A stretch of DNA of 64,000 nt from Eledone cirrhosa. Taxonomy: Eukaryota. Location of the stretch: NCBI GenBank assembly GCA_964016885.1, contig OZ024740.1, positions 195,982,001 through 196,046,000 on the forward strand. Reading direction: 5' to 3'. Position numbers and translations under genes: made by a program. Below are positions 12,697 through 25,320 of this stretch, one piece after another (the first letter of the stretch is position 1; the number at the start of each line of letters is the position of its first letter). The notes under the pieces were generated by a model, which saw nothing but the letters and a program-made list of their open reading frames with translations, searched no databases and was not told the origin of the DNA.

Positions 12697-14454
12697 AAAA
12701 TGAAAGATTAACAAAGGATTATAATTATAGCATTTAATAGATTTTAAACTATTTCTTTAGACTAACGAGAATATTCCATTCCTGCAAGAATAACTCCTTA
12801 GAATCAATCAAATAGAAATATATAAATACCTTATGTGTTTTAAAATTCCAGTGAGAGAAAAAAATGAAAAACCTATGCAATAGGATTCAAATATTGTAGG
12901 GGAAAAGGTTCAAATTTATGGAAGTCTAAAGACGGGATTAAAATTTATCAGTTCATTACCTATCTTGCTGTGGACTATAAAATCATATTGAGCTTTAAAT
13001 TTTCTTTGCCGTTATATATGGTTGTATTATCAACTAACTTAAATTTGTGTGTGTATATGTATTTCTCCATTGTGATCCTGTCTCTATTTGTACTCCTAAA
13101 GAAGGGCTTAAGCCCGACACAGCGAACTTTCTCTCCTCTTTCCAGTATAAAGTGTGAAACTAATAAGACTTTTTGTACCTCTGTTTGTTGTCTCCTTGAA
13201 CTATATACTATATTTATTTAGCTTTGTACATTGCTATTTAATAATCCTATTTTATTTTTCTAAATTTGTTTCAGATCTCCATTAGATTTTGAAGATTGCA
13301 GATACCTATGCTATAACAATTGCACTGAAAGTATTACTGTTGGTTTAATTCAAGATTCATGATGTTCCAAGTAGCTCCCCAAAATGATTATTTACAGACA
13401 TACCAATACAGAAGAAACTCCACACATTGTAAGAAAATATTCCAGCATTTTTTCTATTTCATTTTCTTTTTCTTTTATAAGTTACATATTTATTGATGAT
13501 TGTTGAAAGCTGTAAATATTATACAAAAAATGATGTACTATTGCATGGAGATGCTATGTAATAGTGTGAAGACCATTAAAGATGGAAAAAAGATGCTGCC
13601 ACTGGACACGATGAGGAATTGAACCCCATATCTCCCAGCTACTAGCCAGTATCTGGGAAATATGGGGTTCAATTCCTCATAGCAAAATAATAATAATAAT
13701 AATAATTGTTTCTACTATAGGCACAAGAACAGCAATTTGAAGGGGTGAGGAAAGTCAATTAAATTGACGACTCCAGTTCATTACTGGTGCTTTATTTTAT
13801 CAACCCCTTAAAGATGAAAGACAAAACTAATTTCAGTGGTATTTGAACTCAGAACGCAAAGGGCCGTAACTCTATGCAGCAAAGCAGGGTATCCGATGCT
13901 CTACCGATTCTGCCAATCCACTTCCCTTAGTAGTAATATTAATAACAAATAGTCACAGTAGAAGTAAGATTGTTTTACTTATGTAAATATCACTGAAGTT
14001 TAACTCAACTCAGAAATTTAAAAATAAAATTGTAATTTACATTTTTTGTTTCCCTCCTTAAAATTTGTTGGTGTCTCATTCTCTCTTAAATTTCCTGCCA
14101 GGAATTTTGGGTGGTGCTGAATCCTTGCATAAATTTATAATAGAATCATCTTCACTTGATATTAGCAGACATTCTTTCACTATTCATCATATCTGGGTGC
14201 AGGTATCAATGTAATTCAGAGGTCAGCACAAGCCATGTGAGTGAAATTGGGTAGGCAGAGACTGTACTAGAAGAACTGCACCTATTTTGCTACAGTTGAT
14301 CATTTCTCTTTCCATTTCTGCTTAATGAAAGAAATCAACAAGATGCAACAGATACTATCAGACCATTTTGGTGACATTTCACATTTAAGATATGTCTCTC
14401 ATTGCCATTTTGAGGCAGCCCAAGTGTTGCCTGCTGGTATTCTTGATTTCAGTG

Positions 14455-14720
14455 GTAGTGGAGTGTAGTGTGATGGGGGTGGCAGTGGAATGGAGTGTGA
14501 TGGAGGTGACAGTTGAGGTTGGTGGCGGTGGTGGAATGTGATGGGGGAGGTGGTGGTAGTTGGTTGAGGGTAGTAATGGTAGTGGAGTGTGATGGAGGTG
14601 GTGGTAGTTGAGGCTGGTGGTGGTGGTGGTGGTAGTTTGTTTGGGGTGCGTGGTGGTGGAGTGTGATGGAGGCAGTGATGGTGCCAATGGTAGTAGTTAG
14701 TTGTGGGTGGGGGTGGCATA
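14455..14720. repeat. (GGT/GTA/GATG)-rich low-complexity tract
   Basis: Direct reading; it explains the spurious Pro/Thr/His ORFs. Confidence 0.85.
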
Positions 14721-14917
14721 GAGATCTGAGAGGACTATATTGAGTATGTTTTAGCATCAGTAAATTAAGCAGACATCAATGCCATATCGTCATCAACAGT
14801 AATATTTTCACCATTATAATCTTTGCCATCTTCACATCTCTACTACATACACATTCTAATTTCTTTCTCTCTCTCTTTGTGTATATATATATTGTTGGTG
14901 TCTCATTCTCTCTTAAA

Positions 14918-15184
14918 GGTGGCCGTGGAGGTGCCACGGCAAAAAAGCACCCAGCCCACACTGTAAAGTGGACGTGTAGGCGCCACGAAAAAGCACCCAG
15001 CACTCACTGTAAATGAGGTTGGTGTTAGGAAGGGCATCCAGCTGTAGAAATCAAGCCAGATCAGTTCCTGTATGAGCAAGGCATGGTCAGCCGACCAGAC
15101 ACTGCCCACAACAGGACAACCCGTCTAACCCATGCTAGCGTGGAAGAACGGACGTAAAACGGTGATGATGATGATGATGATGAT
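14918..15184 (+). mobile_element. 5'-truncated RTE family B, 3' UTR only
   Basis: Near-identical to ~22592-22858 and ~31293-31562; (GAT)n tail; flanked by (TA)n. Confidence 0.9.
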
Positions 15185-15211
15185 ATATATATATATGTAT
15201 GTATATATATA

Positions 15212-16111
15212 CAGTCGGAGTCCGCTTAAGAGTATACCCTCGCGAATGGAAAATAGTATACTCTTAACCGGACTAAACTCTTATCCGGACTAAGTAAAAA
15301 TATTCCATAGTATTATTATTTTGAGTCTTTCAATGATTAAAAATCGCTTTATTATCGTTTAAAATGCATTTATAAGTAAAAAAATGAAAGTTACACCAAA
15401 AAATTCAACAAGAATTATTGCAAATTATAGATAAATTAAGCAATATTTCAACATAGGTATGCAATTTTTATTCCTAAAAAATAGTCCAAAATGCTTTTTT
15501 GCACTTGATTGCTCGCAATTTTTTTTTCAATCAATTCCTCGATCTCAGACAGAGTATAATTTTCAAAATTTTCAAACGATTGCATCATATAGGACCGTAC
15601 AGTCAACAAACCATTTATTCCTTCTTTTCCAGAGATCTAAAATATTGATAAATGATGAAAGTTATGTTAAGTACCTATGCACATTCATATTATAAATATA
15701 AGAATAATACATACTAACCTTTGAGTAATGGATAAAGCAGAGCGTTTCAAAGACATTTTTATGACAATGAATTATTATTTTTGTATTTGCATATATTAAA
15801 CTTTAAATTGCCTTTAGAATTGCTTTTAGGTTGTATAAATGACATCATCGCATTTCATTTTGAATTGTTTTAAAATGGTTATGTTACATTATAAGCCCAA
15901 TTTACTTTACCATATTCATTATACTCTTATTCGGACTAAATTATATAGAAAATATATAAACGGGAATTGATTATGCTATACTCTGATGCGAACTATACTC
16001 TTAACCAGACCCGTGCACTGTACAAAACATAGTACATAAATTCGGGAATTGATTATGCTATACTCTTAAGCGGCCTATACTCTTATCCAATATACTCTTA
16101 AGCGGACTCGA

Positions 16112-16114
<3 letters not shown>
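15212..16114. mobile_element. Non-autonomous Tc1/mariner-pogo(Tigger)-like DNA transposon
   Basis: TA|CAGTCGGAGTCCGCTTAAGAGTATA ... TATACTCTTAAGCGGACTCGACTG|TA: TIRs with one indel, TA target, and multiple subterminal 'atactctta....gac' repeats. No transposase ORF. Confidence 0.85.
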
Positions 16115-16166
<52 letters not shown>

Positions 16167-16177
16167 CATATGTATGT

Positions 16178-16542
16178 ATTATTAGAAATGTAAGCTCTCG
16201 CCGTATTTTGACTAAAGAAATTAAAGAAATTATTTAGTCTGATAGTGGTGTTAAGAACCCTCGGAGAAATGGAAAAAGATGAGTATTGACGTACATGGGA
16301 GTCGAACCCACATCTTTGGTTATCCGGACCACTGTGCTACCATTTACACCAACACATCACCCATGTGTTGGTGTAAATGGTAGCACAGTGGTCCGGATAA
16401 CCAAAGATGTGGGTTTGACTCCCATGTACGTCAATACTCATCTTTTTCCATTTCTCCGAGGGTTCTTAACCCCACTATCAGGCTAAATAATTTCTTTAAT
16501 TTCTTTAGTCAAAATACGGCGAGAGCTTACATTTCTAATAAT
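16178..16542. repeat. 365-bp palindrome (180-bp arms, 5-nt loop) with tRNA-like inner halves
   Basis: 16178-16357 is the reverse complement of 16363-16542, with 3 mismatches counted by eye. Confidence 0.95.
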
Positions 16543-17691
16543 TTCAAACTTGCTCGCTGTTTCGAAAATATTCTTACTATATGTATGTATGTATATATAT
16601 ATAATAAGAAGTGCATTAGCAGCTAAAGTGTGTGATAAAGTTATATCTGTATAAATACAAAATGGACAACTGAGTCTGCAACAATGTGGGTGTGTATTTA
16701 ATATGTAGACATACATATGCCAGAAAATAGAAATTTCCCTTTAAATTGAAATAATGATAAACGCACTTAAGCAATTTTCAGATCTAATAGAATCCTGATC
16801 AGAAGATGTATATATCATCCAATCAACCATAAGGAACCATGTATTTGATGGGAATATATACTCATACGCACTTAGTATTATTCTGTAATGGACCTACTAA
16901 TTTGCATATAATTAACACTTGTGTTGGTAATTAATTAAGATATGTATTAAGAAGTGTTGTGTATGTATATGCATTCTTATGAACAAGTTTGTGTGCTTGT
17001 TTTCTATGTATATGTGTGTGCCTGTATGCTTTTGTAGGAGTGTGTTTTATATGTATACATGTGTTTTGTGTTTGTATGTGTGTGTGAGTATATTTGCCTG
17101 TTTTGTGTATGTGTACATGTCTGTGTGTATGCACACATGTTCTATAAGCATGTGCCTATTCTCTCTTATATGTCTAAAAAGTGAGAGAAAGGGAGAAGTG
17201 GGAGTTAGTGTGCCTACTTAAAATCATTTGATAATAGTATACAAGTTGTATTCTGACATATCTCTTCCTGATGAAATATTACTCAGCTAGCACCAGAGCT
17301 ATATGTAGTTGCCAAATCCACTTAGGTTGATACTCCACCAATCCCAACTCCCACATTACTCATTCCTTATCACCTGCCACACCCACCACCACCCACCACA
17401 TGTTTCATGTCTGAAATGTGGGGGACACTGTGTCTAATACAGGTGATAAGCTTATTGCACCGGCTGTTCAATATCCTTGGGAAAAGTAGTATTGAATATC
17501 ACAAAACTAAATTTCTCATTAGATGAGAAACACATAGCCACACATCTCTCCATCTCACTTAACTTTTGAAAATCATTTAAATGTGAAACCAGTAAAATTA
17601 TTATTAATAAATCTTCTTATAGACTCCAATTGTTTTTTCAACTTCTTTTTCCTATATTTTTACATGTGTGGGGTATAAAAAAAACTTACTT

Positions 17692-17869
<178 letters not shown>

Positions 17870-18153
17870 CTGCACATACATACATTTAAATTATAAGTCA
17901 CACCAACAATTTTTATGTGTTCATACTCTCTATATCATATTTTATCTAAACTAAACTGCTATTTATAGAATCTTTCATTCTCCCAGTACATCTATTTCTA
18001 AAATTCCAAATACTACTACAATTTGAAAGCAGGCCAAAGTTTTTAATTACCATAATGATGCAACATAAACAAATCTTCCTCCATCACCTTTGTACATTTT
18101 GTAGAAGTTTTTATGTATAAATACCTACAAAATCTGTCTTCCCACACAATTAA

Positions 18154-18361
18154 CCCTTTAGCATTTACATTACTCTATATTTACTATTGTATTTTCATAG
18201 TAAGGGCTTTATCTCTCATAATATCAAATCTATGAGATTTTGATATTATTAATTTTGAGAACAATACGTTAACATCAGTATGAGCAGCTTATTACAGCCA
18301 ATTTGAACAGAAAGAAGTGAGAGAATTCTGGCTGGATACAGCTGGTTTAAATGCTAAAGGG
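18154..18361. mobile_element. piggyBac-like MITE
   Basis: TTAA|CCCTTTAGCATTTA...TAAATGCTAAAGGG|TTAA. Confidence 0.88.
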
Positions 18362-18779
18362 TTAAGGAACAAGCCTTAAAACAGATGTTCATAATAAATT
18401 TGACTCTTCAACCAATATTGAGTCCTTTTGGATTAAATGTGTTGTTAAAAGGCGAAAGATTTATCCACTTGGGATAATTGTTATTCCTCAATTTATAACC
18501 TTAGAATTCATATACACATGAATTAAATCCATATTGTTCATTTGTCCCCCCATTATTATACTAAGACCCAGAGAGTTGTCATATGTCTGGACAATGAAAA
18601 CTCTTCCTTTATAGTAAATCACTATCTACTCTCACTCAACAATCATATACAAGATAAAACCAGTACATTATTGTATTTGTTAACTGACTTTCAGTTATAT
18701 TTTTAACCAGAAACATGTACTCATTTTAGTTTATTTCTTTGTATATTTGTGTGTGTGTACATACACACACATATATATA

Positions 18780-19135
18780 TAAGGATCCATAGAAGAGGTT
18801 GATAGCTTCTGCAACTAAGTAGCTTAAATTAGCAGTAAAGGCGGGTACTCCAAAAGCATAATAGCTAGAATATGGATAGGGTAGAAGAGGTTTAGAGAGA
18901 TACTCCCACTGTGGACAATGAAAGGTTTCTCTCTAAGTACAAATGGACAGTTGTATGACACCTGTGTGCAAAGTGTGATGCTGTATGATAGTGAAACGTG
19001 AGCAGTGACTGCAGAGGACATACATAGGTTGGAGAGAAATGAAGTAACTATGCTTTGTTGAATGTGCAACGTAAATGTAAAAGGCAGAGCTTGGATGAAC
19101 TGAGGGCGAAACTGGGTTTAAGAGGAATCTGGAGA
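18780..19135 (+). mobile_element. Old degenerate RTE fragment (post-RT region)
   Basis: Homologous to ~29665-30015 (GSIEEVDSF...KGQLYDTCVQSVMLYDSET), with several stops. Confidence 0.75.
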
Positions 19136-19281
19136 GAAAGCGAGAGATCTTACTTCTCTGTAAGAAATTGGCTGTTTTAAATGCCCAAGAAACGTTTTAT
19201 ATCACTATGGTGCCCCTATGACTCCACCTAGAGTTGCAGATCCTTACATACGTAGAAAGATATATATATATATATATATAT

Positions 19282-22200
19282 ATCATCATCATCATCATTT
19301 TACGGCCGCTTTTCCCTGCTTGCAAGGGTGGGATGGGTCCTATTCAGCACAGCATCTCTCCACTTGTCACGGTCCTTCGTCATCTCCACCATGAGCTTCA
19401 GCAATCTGAGGTCTGTTCTCAGCACCTCCGCCCATGTTTTTCGTGGTCTACCTGTACCACGTCTTTCTTCAACTGGCATTTCCTGGCACTTCTTCACCCA
19501 TCGGTCATCCTCCATTCGTATCACATGTCCATACCACCTCAGTCTCCTCTCCTGTACACTACATTCTATCCCTCTCAGACACAGTTTCTCTCTCAACACA
19601 TTCATGCTGGGTCGTTCATGCACATTGACATTGCCATCGCATATCCAGCCGTCGCATATCCTCTGCTGTTGCTGCCCATGTCTCACTACCATGCAGCATT
19701 GCGCTCCTCACACAGGCATCATATAACCGGCCTTTCGTACACGGAGAAACCCTTCTTCGTCAGCAGAGGAAGCAGCTCCCTAAACTTCTTCCAACCCGTC
19801 CTTATTCTAGATACTATGGCCTTGGTACACCCCCCTCCCATGCTAATCTGATCTCCTAGGTACCGGTAGCTATCCACCACTTCTATAGCACCCGCCTACA
19901 TTTGAAAAATGTGTCTATCAATGCGACTTCTACCGTCTAATTTCCCTGTACATCAACTGCATACGTATTTCTCCTTACCTGTTAGCTTGCCTGCTATCCC
20001 GCTACATCTCTTGTGTACCCAGGATCTGCATTGTGTGCATTTTATAGAATTTATGCCAGTTCCTTTTCTGCATATCGAACATGGCCATTTCCCTGACGGA
20101 ATCAGAGTTTTGTCCTCTTTTCTACTCGTCAACACTTTTGTCTTAGCTAGGTTCACTCTCAGTCCTCTTGCTTCCAACTGCTGTTTCCATAGCCAGAATT
20201 TATTCTCTAGCTCTTCTACTGATTCTGCTATACGAACCAGATCATCAGCATAGAGAAGTTCCTATGGACAGCCAGTCTTAAACTCCTCTGTCATGGCTTG
20301 GAGGATTATAATGAACAAGAGCGGGCTGAGGACCGAACCTTGATGTACTCCTACTTGTATCTGGAATTCTTCACTAAACTCCATTCCTACCCTGACTTTA
20401 CTGACAGTACCTCTGTACAAAGTTTGCACTGTCCTCACAAGCCATTCCTCAACACCTAGCTTCCTTAGGGACCACCAGATGACAGATCGGGGTACCCTAT
20501 CAAAGGCCTTCTCTAGGTCAACAAAGGCTAACTATAGTGGCTTATTTTTCTCTAAGAACCTCTCTTGTAATTGTCTCACCAAGAAGAGGGCATCTGTTGT
20601 ACTCTTCCCAGGCACAAAACCAAACTGCATCTCATCTAGTTTGACCCTTTTTCTAATTAGTTGTGCTAATATCTTTTCTGCCATTTTCATAACTTGATCC
20701 ATCAGTTTTATACCCCTATAATTGCTCCTCTCCAAAGCATCCCCTTTACCTTTGTAGCAATTTATGAGAATACTGCTGCACCAGTCTTTGGGTATGACAC
20801 CACCATATATAGCCTGATTGATGATGCGTGCAACCAGTTTAGTGCTTACGTCCCCTGATGCCTTCAGCATCTCAGCAACTATTCCCGATGGTCCAGCAGC
20901 CTTACCATTTTTCATTTCCTTAATCGCTTCTTGGACCCTATATTCGTCAATCTCAATAGCTGGTCCCTCTGTCGGATCTACTGAGGGTAATTTGTCTCTC
21001 TCCCATTCGTTCTCCACATTCATCAGTCTCTCATAGTGACATTTCCAGGCCTCCTTTTTCTGATCATTCGTGACACTAAGTACACCGGCATCATTCCGGA
21101 CACATCTCCAACAACATCCTGATTTGCATTGACACACTGCCTTGCAATGTGGAACACCGCACGCCTCTGATCTTCCCGTCGCAGAACATTGGCAAACCTC
21201 CTACTCTCAGCCTCTCTGCGTGCTAAGTACACCTGACGTCTAGCTTCTCTCTTAGCGGCTGTATATCCTTGTCTACTCCCACCCTTTTTCCAAGCCTTCC
21301 ATGCTAGTCTTTTGTCTCTAATGGCCTTATCTACTGTGCTGTTCCACCAACAGGTCACTCTCTGTCTGGTTGGAGCTCTGCTCCTGCCACAAGTTTCATC
21401 AGTAGCCTGCAGTAAGTTGTCACGTAAGAAATTCCAGTTATTATCTATGTCATACGTCTCTAAATCGTCTTCTTTTTCGTCATACACATCTTGAAGGGCT
21501 TTCCTAAATTTGTATTTTAGTGAAAGCTCTTTTAGCCTCCAGACCTTTCTTCTCCAGACCTTTCTTCTCCACACCTTCCTGTATGTCTCATTCCATCTCT
21601 TGCTTACTGAGATATCACTAACGACTAACCTATGCTGTGGGGTACATTCTTCCCCAGGGTATGCCTTGGTATTAGACACTATCTGCCTGTCCCGCTGCCT
21701 AACTAGTAAGAAGTCAATCTGGCTTATGTGCTCGCCAGATTTGTAGGTTATTAGGTGGTTGGCAGGTTTCTGGAAGATTGTGTTGCAAATAGTCAGTGTA
21801 CTTGCATCACAAAATTCAAGAAGTCTCACTCCTTCTTCATTTCTTGAGCCGTAACCGTGCCCACCATGTACCCCAGTGTAACCATCCTGGAGCTGTCCAA
21901 CATGACCATTGAAGTCACCTGCTAGCATAACGATGTCTCCGTCCTCTGTCATTGCGGTTGTTTGTAAAAGTTGCTCATAAAAGCAGTCTTTCTCATCTTT
22001 GCCTCGGCCTGCTTGGGGAGCATAGGCAGAGATGATTGTCAGTAGTCTCCTGCCTACAACTAATCTAAGCTTAATTATTCGATTATTAACTCAAACTACC
22101 TCTATTGTCTTATTGATCCATCTCTCAGCCAGGAAAATGCCTACTCTCCCTAACCCATCATCCTTACCTACCCAGAAAAACTTATAGCTAAGACGCTTGC

Positions 22201-22325
22201 CTACGACTAGTCTCGCAGAGGCACCCCTCCATCTCACCTCTTGCACGCAGCACACATCCACATACCTTCTCTCCAGCATCTCCGCTATTTCAGCAGATTT
22301 ACCTCTGAGAGTGCTAACATTAAGT
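19282..22325 (-). mobile_element. Near full-length RTE LINE family A (APE + RT), inactivated
   Basis: Broken ORFs cover the endonuclease (QEVRW, GDFNGHVG), the RT (GKAAGPSGI, NYRGIKL, QFGFVPGKSTTDA, QGSVLSPLLF, LLYADD), a Cys-rich insert (CSIC...CTQC..WVHKRC) and the C-terminus (RRLRWYGHV). (ATG)n tail at 19282-19298; stops and frameshifts, e.g. CGA>TGA at 22091. Confidence 0.95.
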
Positions 22326-22858
22326 ATGGACATGTGATGCGTATGAAGGATGACAGCTGCATAAAAAGGTGCAGAGCACTAGAAGTTGATGGAAACCGCG
22401 GAGTGGGGAGACCCAAGATGACTTGGGATGAGGTGATAAAAGCCGACCTTACCCAACTACACCTCTCAAAGTCAATGACACACGACCGTGACTTCTGGCG
22501 TCACGCAGTAATACAGGGTACCCGACCTCCCATGGGTACATGCTGAAGCATATAAACAATATGCCCCCCCCCCCCCCCCCCCCCACCGCAAGGTGGTCGT
22601 GGAGGTGCCACGGCAAAAAAGCACCCAGCCCACACTGTAAAGTGGACGTGTAGGCGCCACGAAAAAGCACCCAGCACTCACTGTAAATGAGGTTGGTGTT
22701 AGGAAGGGCATCCAGCTGTAGAAATCAAGCCAGATCAGTTCCTGTATGAGCAAGGCATGGTCAGCCGACCAGACACTGCCCACAACAGGACAACCCGTCT
22801 AACCCATGCTAGCGTGGAAGAACGGACGTAAAACGGTGATGATGATGATGATGATGAT
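22324..22858 (+). mobile_element. 5'-truncated RTE family B (ORF C-terminus, 3' UTR, (GAT)n tail)
   Basis: YGHVMRMKDDSCIKRC...GRPKMTWDEVIK; near-identical to 31032-31562. Confidence 0.93.
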
Positions 22859-23570
22859 ATATATATATATACATATACACACACACACACATATATATAC
22901 CATCAACATCACCACAATGTTTTTCATGCTACCATGAGATACTTATCTACATGCATGTGTTTTCTGATAACAACTTTCCTTTGATATTGTCAAAGATGAA
23001 AAGATAAACATGTATGTCTGGTTTAAAAGGGTGTAACCACGTAACCATTTCAATACCAACAAACTTGAAACTACCTCTATTAATGCTCAAATTTAGGATT
23101 CAAATCAAGGTCTAAAATCTCATTATTTCATAAAAGATAGATTTCATTAGGTTAAGTTGGTGTCCTTGACCCTAGGACCAGCTCCCTACTCACCACCATC
23201 GGCATGGAGTTGGCTACCCAAATGTGTGAGCCTCGTGAGCTAGAATGGCTCTTCCCATGTGTCTCCCTCACCATCCTCCGGAGAAACACCTTCTCTATTC
23301 TCTCCGCCGGTACTGCGGGGCAGCCAGCATGTTGGCTCCCATTTGTATATAATAGGGAGACATGGGGAGAGCGAGAGAGACGGAGTCAGTGAGTGAAAGA
23401 AAGAGAACATCAATGCACACACATACTTGATAAGACAACGATAAATGTTATTTTGAGATGGTTATTTCACTAAACTTCTATAATTCTTGATAATTTTGAA
23501 GATTAAAACACAAAAACAGGATGTATATTTTGTAGGAAATATGGTCACAAAGTACTATGGTGTATGTATG

Positions 23571-23628
<58 letters not shown>

Positions 23629-23631
<3 letters not shown>

Positions 23632-23890
23632 CATCGTTTTACGTCCGTTCTTCCACGCTAGCATGGGTTAGACGGGTTGTCCTGTTGTGGGCAGTGTCCA
23701 GTTGGATGACCTTGTCTTGCTCATACGGGAACTGATTCTGGCTTGATTTCTACAGCTGGATGCCCTTCCTAACACCAACCTCATTTACAGTGAGTGCTGG
23801 GTGCTTTTTTGCCATGGCACCTACACGTCCACTTTACAGTGTGGGCTTGGTGCATTTTTGCCATGGCACCCCACGACCAATTTGCAGTGG
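23629..23890 (-). mobile_element. RTE family B-like 3' UTR fragment
   Basis: Reverse complement of ~22590-22845 with moderate divergence; the tail abuts (TA)n. Confidence 0.85.
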
Positions 23891-24594
23891 AATGATAGGG
23901 ACTCCAGTCCTATCATCCCATTTCTACAGCTGAGTAAACTGGAGCAATGTGAAATAAAGTGTCTTGCTCAAGGAAACAACACATCACCAGGTCCGAATAT
24001 ATATATATATATATAAATGGTTAGAGTGCTGGATTCACAATCATGAGATTGTGTCTTTGATTCCTAGAATGGGCAGTGGATTGTGTCCTTGGGCAAGTCA
24101 CTTTATTTCACATTGTTCCAGTTCACTCAGCTAGAGAAATGAGTTGCGATGTCACTAATGCCAAGCTGTATTAGCCATTACCTTTCCCTTGGACAACATC
24201 AGTGGTGTGGAGAAGGTAGACAGGTATGCATGGGTGACTGATGGTCTTCCAAAAAAAAAAAAAAATAGCACTTTGCCTAGTCTTGTGCCTCAGCAGGGAA
24301 ATTTTGGAAATGGGTTTTACTGAAGAAACTATTGAAGTAAACAAAATAGAGCGCAATAAAGAATTAGTGGTAGAAAACAATGGATTTGATGTGTTAGTCA
24401 ACAGATTAAAAAATGCATCACCACCGATGTTCTAGTGATGAAATTGGCACTCTACCATTTTTTGTGATGCAAAACACAAAGGTTTCATTGTCAGAAATAA
24501 AGCACATGTTCTTATGCATGAGGGAAAGAAAGTAGTTGAATAGGGAATTTAGCAGAGGCATGATGTTGCAACAAAGTCACAATTAGATCTTTAA

Positions 24595-24815
24595 CCCTTT
24601 AGCATTTAGACCAGCTGTATCTGACCAGAATTCTCTCACCTATTTCTGTTCAAAACGGCTATGACAGGCTGCTCATACTGATGTTAAGGTATTGTTCTCA
24701 AAATAAATAACATCAAAATCTCGTAGATTTGATATTATGTGAGATAATTATGTGAGGTAAAATGTTTACTGTGAAAATACAATTGTAAATATAGAGTAAT
24801 GTAAATACTAAAGGG
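24595..24815. mobile_element. piggyBac-like MITE
   Basis: TTAA|CCCTTTAGCATTTA...TAAATACTAAAGGG|TTAA. Confidence 0.88.
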
Positions 24816-24899
24816 TTAATGGACCACAATGTGACTGTATAATTTTATTCCAGACAAATGTCTCCAGTTTTCCAGCAACACATTGCCCATGTAAAATAA

Positions 24900-25320
24900 T
24901 GCTAAAGCAGAGACTGTGTATTTTAGAGCTTACTTCAGCAGCCTGCCAAAGTTCTCAGTGGCAGAGGTGGAGGGTTGCCTAAAACTGATAACAGCAGCTG
25001 AGATTCTGTAGGTGGCTAGTTATTGTGCAAGTGACAAATCACCTGTTTTTGGATAATCCATCCTATGTGTTTTATGAATACATGCCAGACTTGTTTGAGC
25101 CATTCTTGGCAGACATCTTTTGTAACTGGCAGCAGGCTGGACACATTCCCAGCGATTTGGGGGAGTGATGGCACTTCTGAGGAAGGACATAAACAATAAG
25201 AAGATCAACAATTTCCAGCCCATAACTGCAGTCTTTAAGATTTGGCCATGGTGTTTTGGGGAATAATGAGAGAGAGTACATACCGCTGGCAGTAAGGGTC
25301 ATTTGGGATCAGTGATATTC
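24900..25320 (+). mobile_element. Degenerate L1/Tx1-like LINE RT relic
   Basis: Broken translation ...DKSP...ILADIFCNWQQAGHIP...GVMALLRKD...INNFQPIT resembles the KSPGxDG...NYRPI region upstream of a LINE RT. Confidence 0.5.

Noticed and set aside
13275-13360. Possible upstream APC exon after a TTTGTTTCAG acceptor
   Set aside because: No APC-like translation and no convincing donor in phase 0 with the 25840 exon. It could still be a UTR exon.
16363-16440. Functional tRNA gene
   Set aside because: A- and B-boxes and D/T stems are present, but I could not build a convincing acceptor stem. Treated as tRNA-derived.
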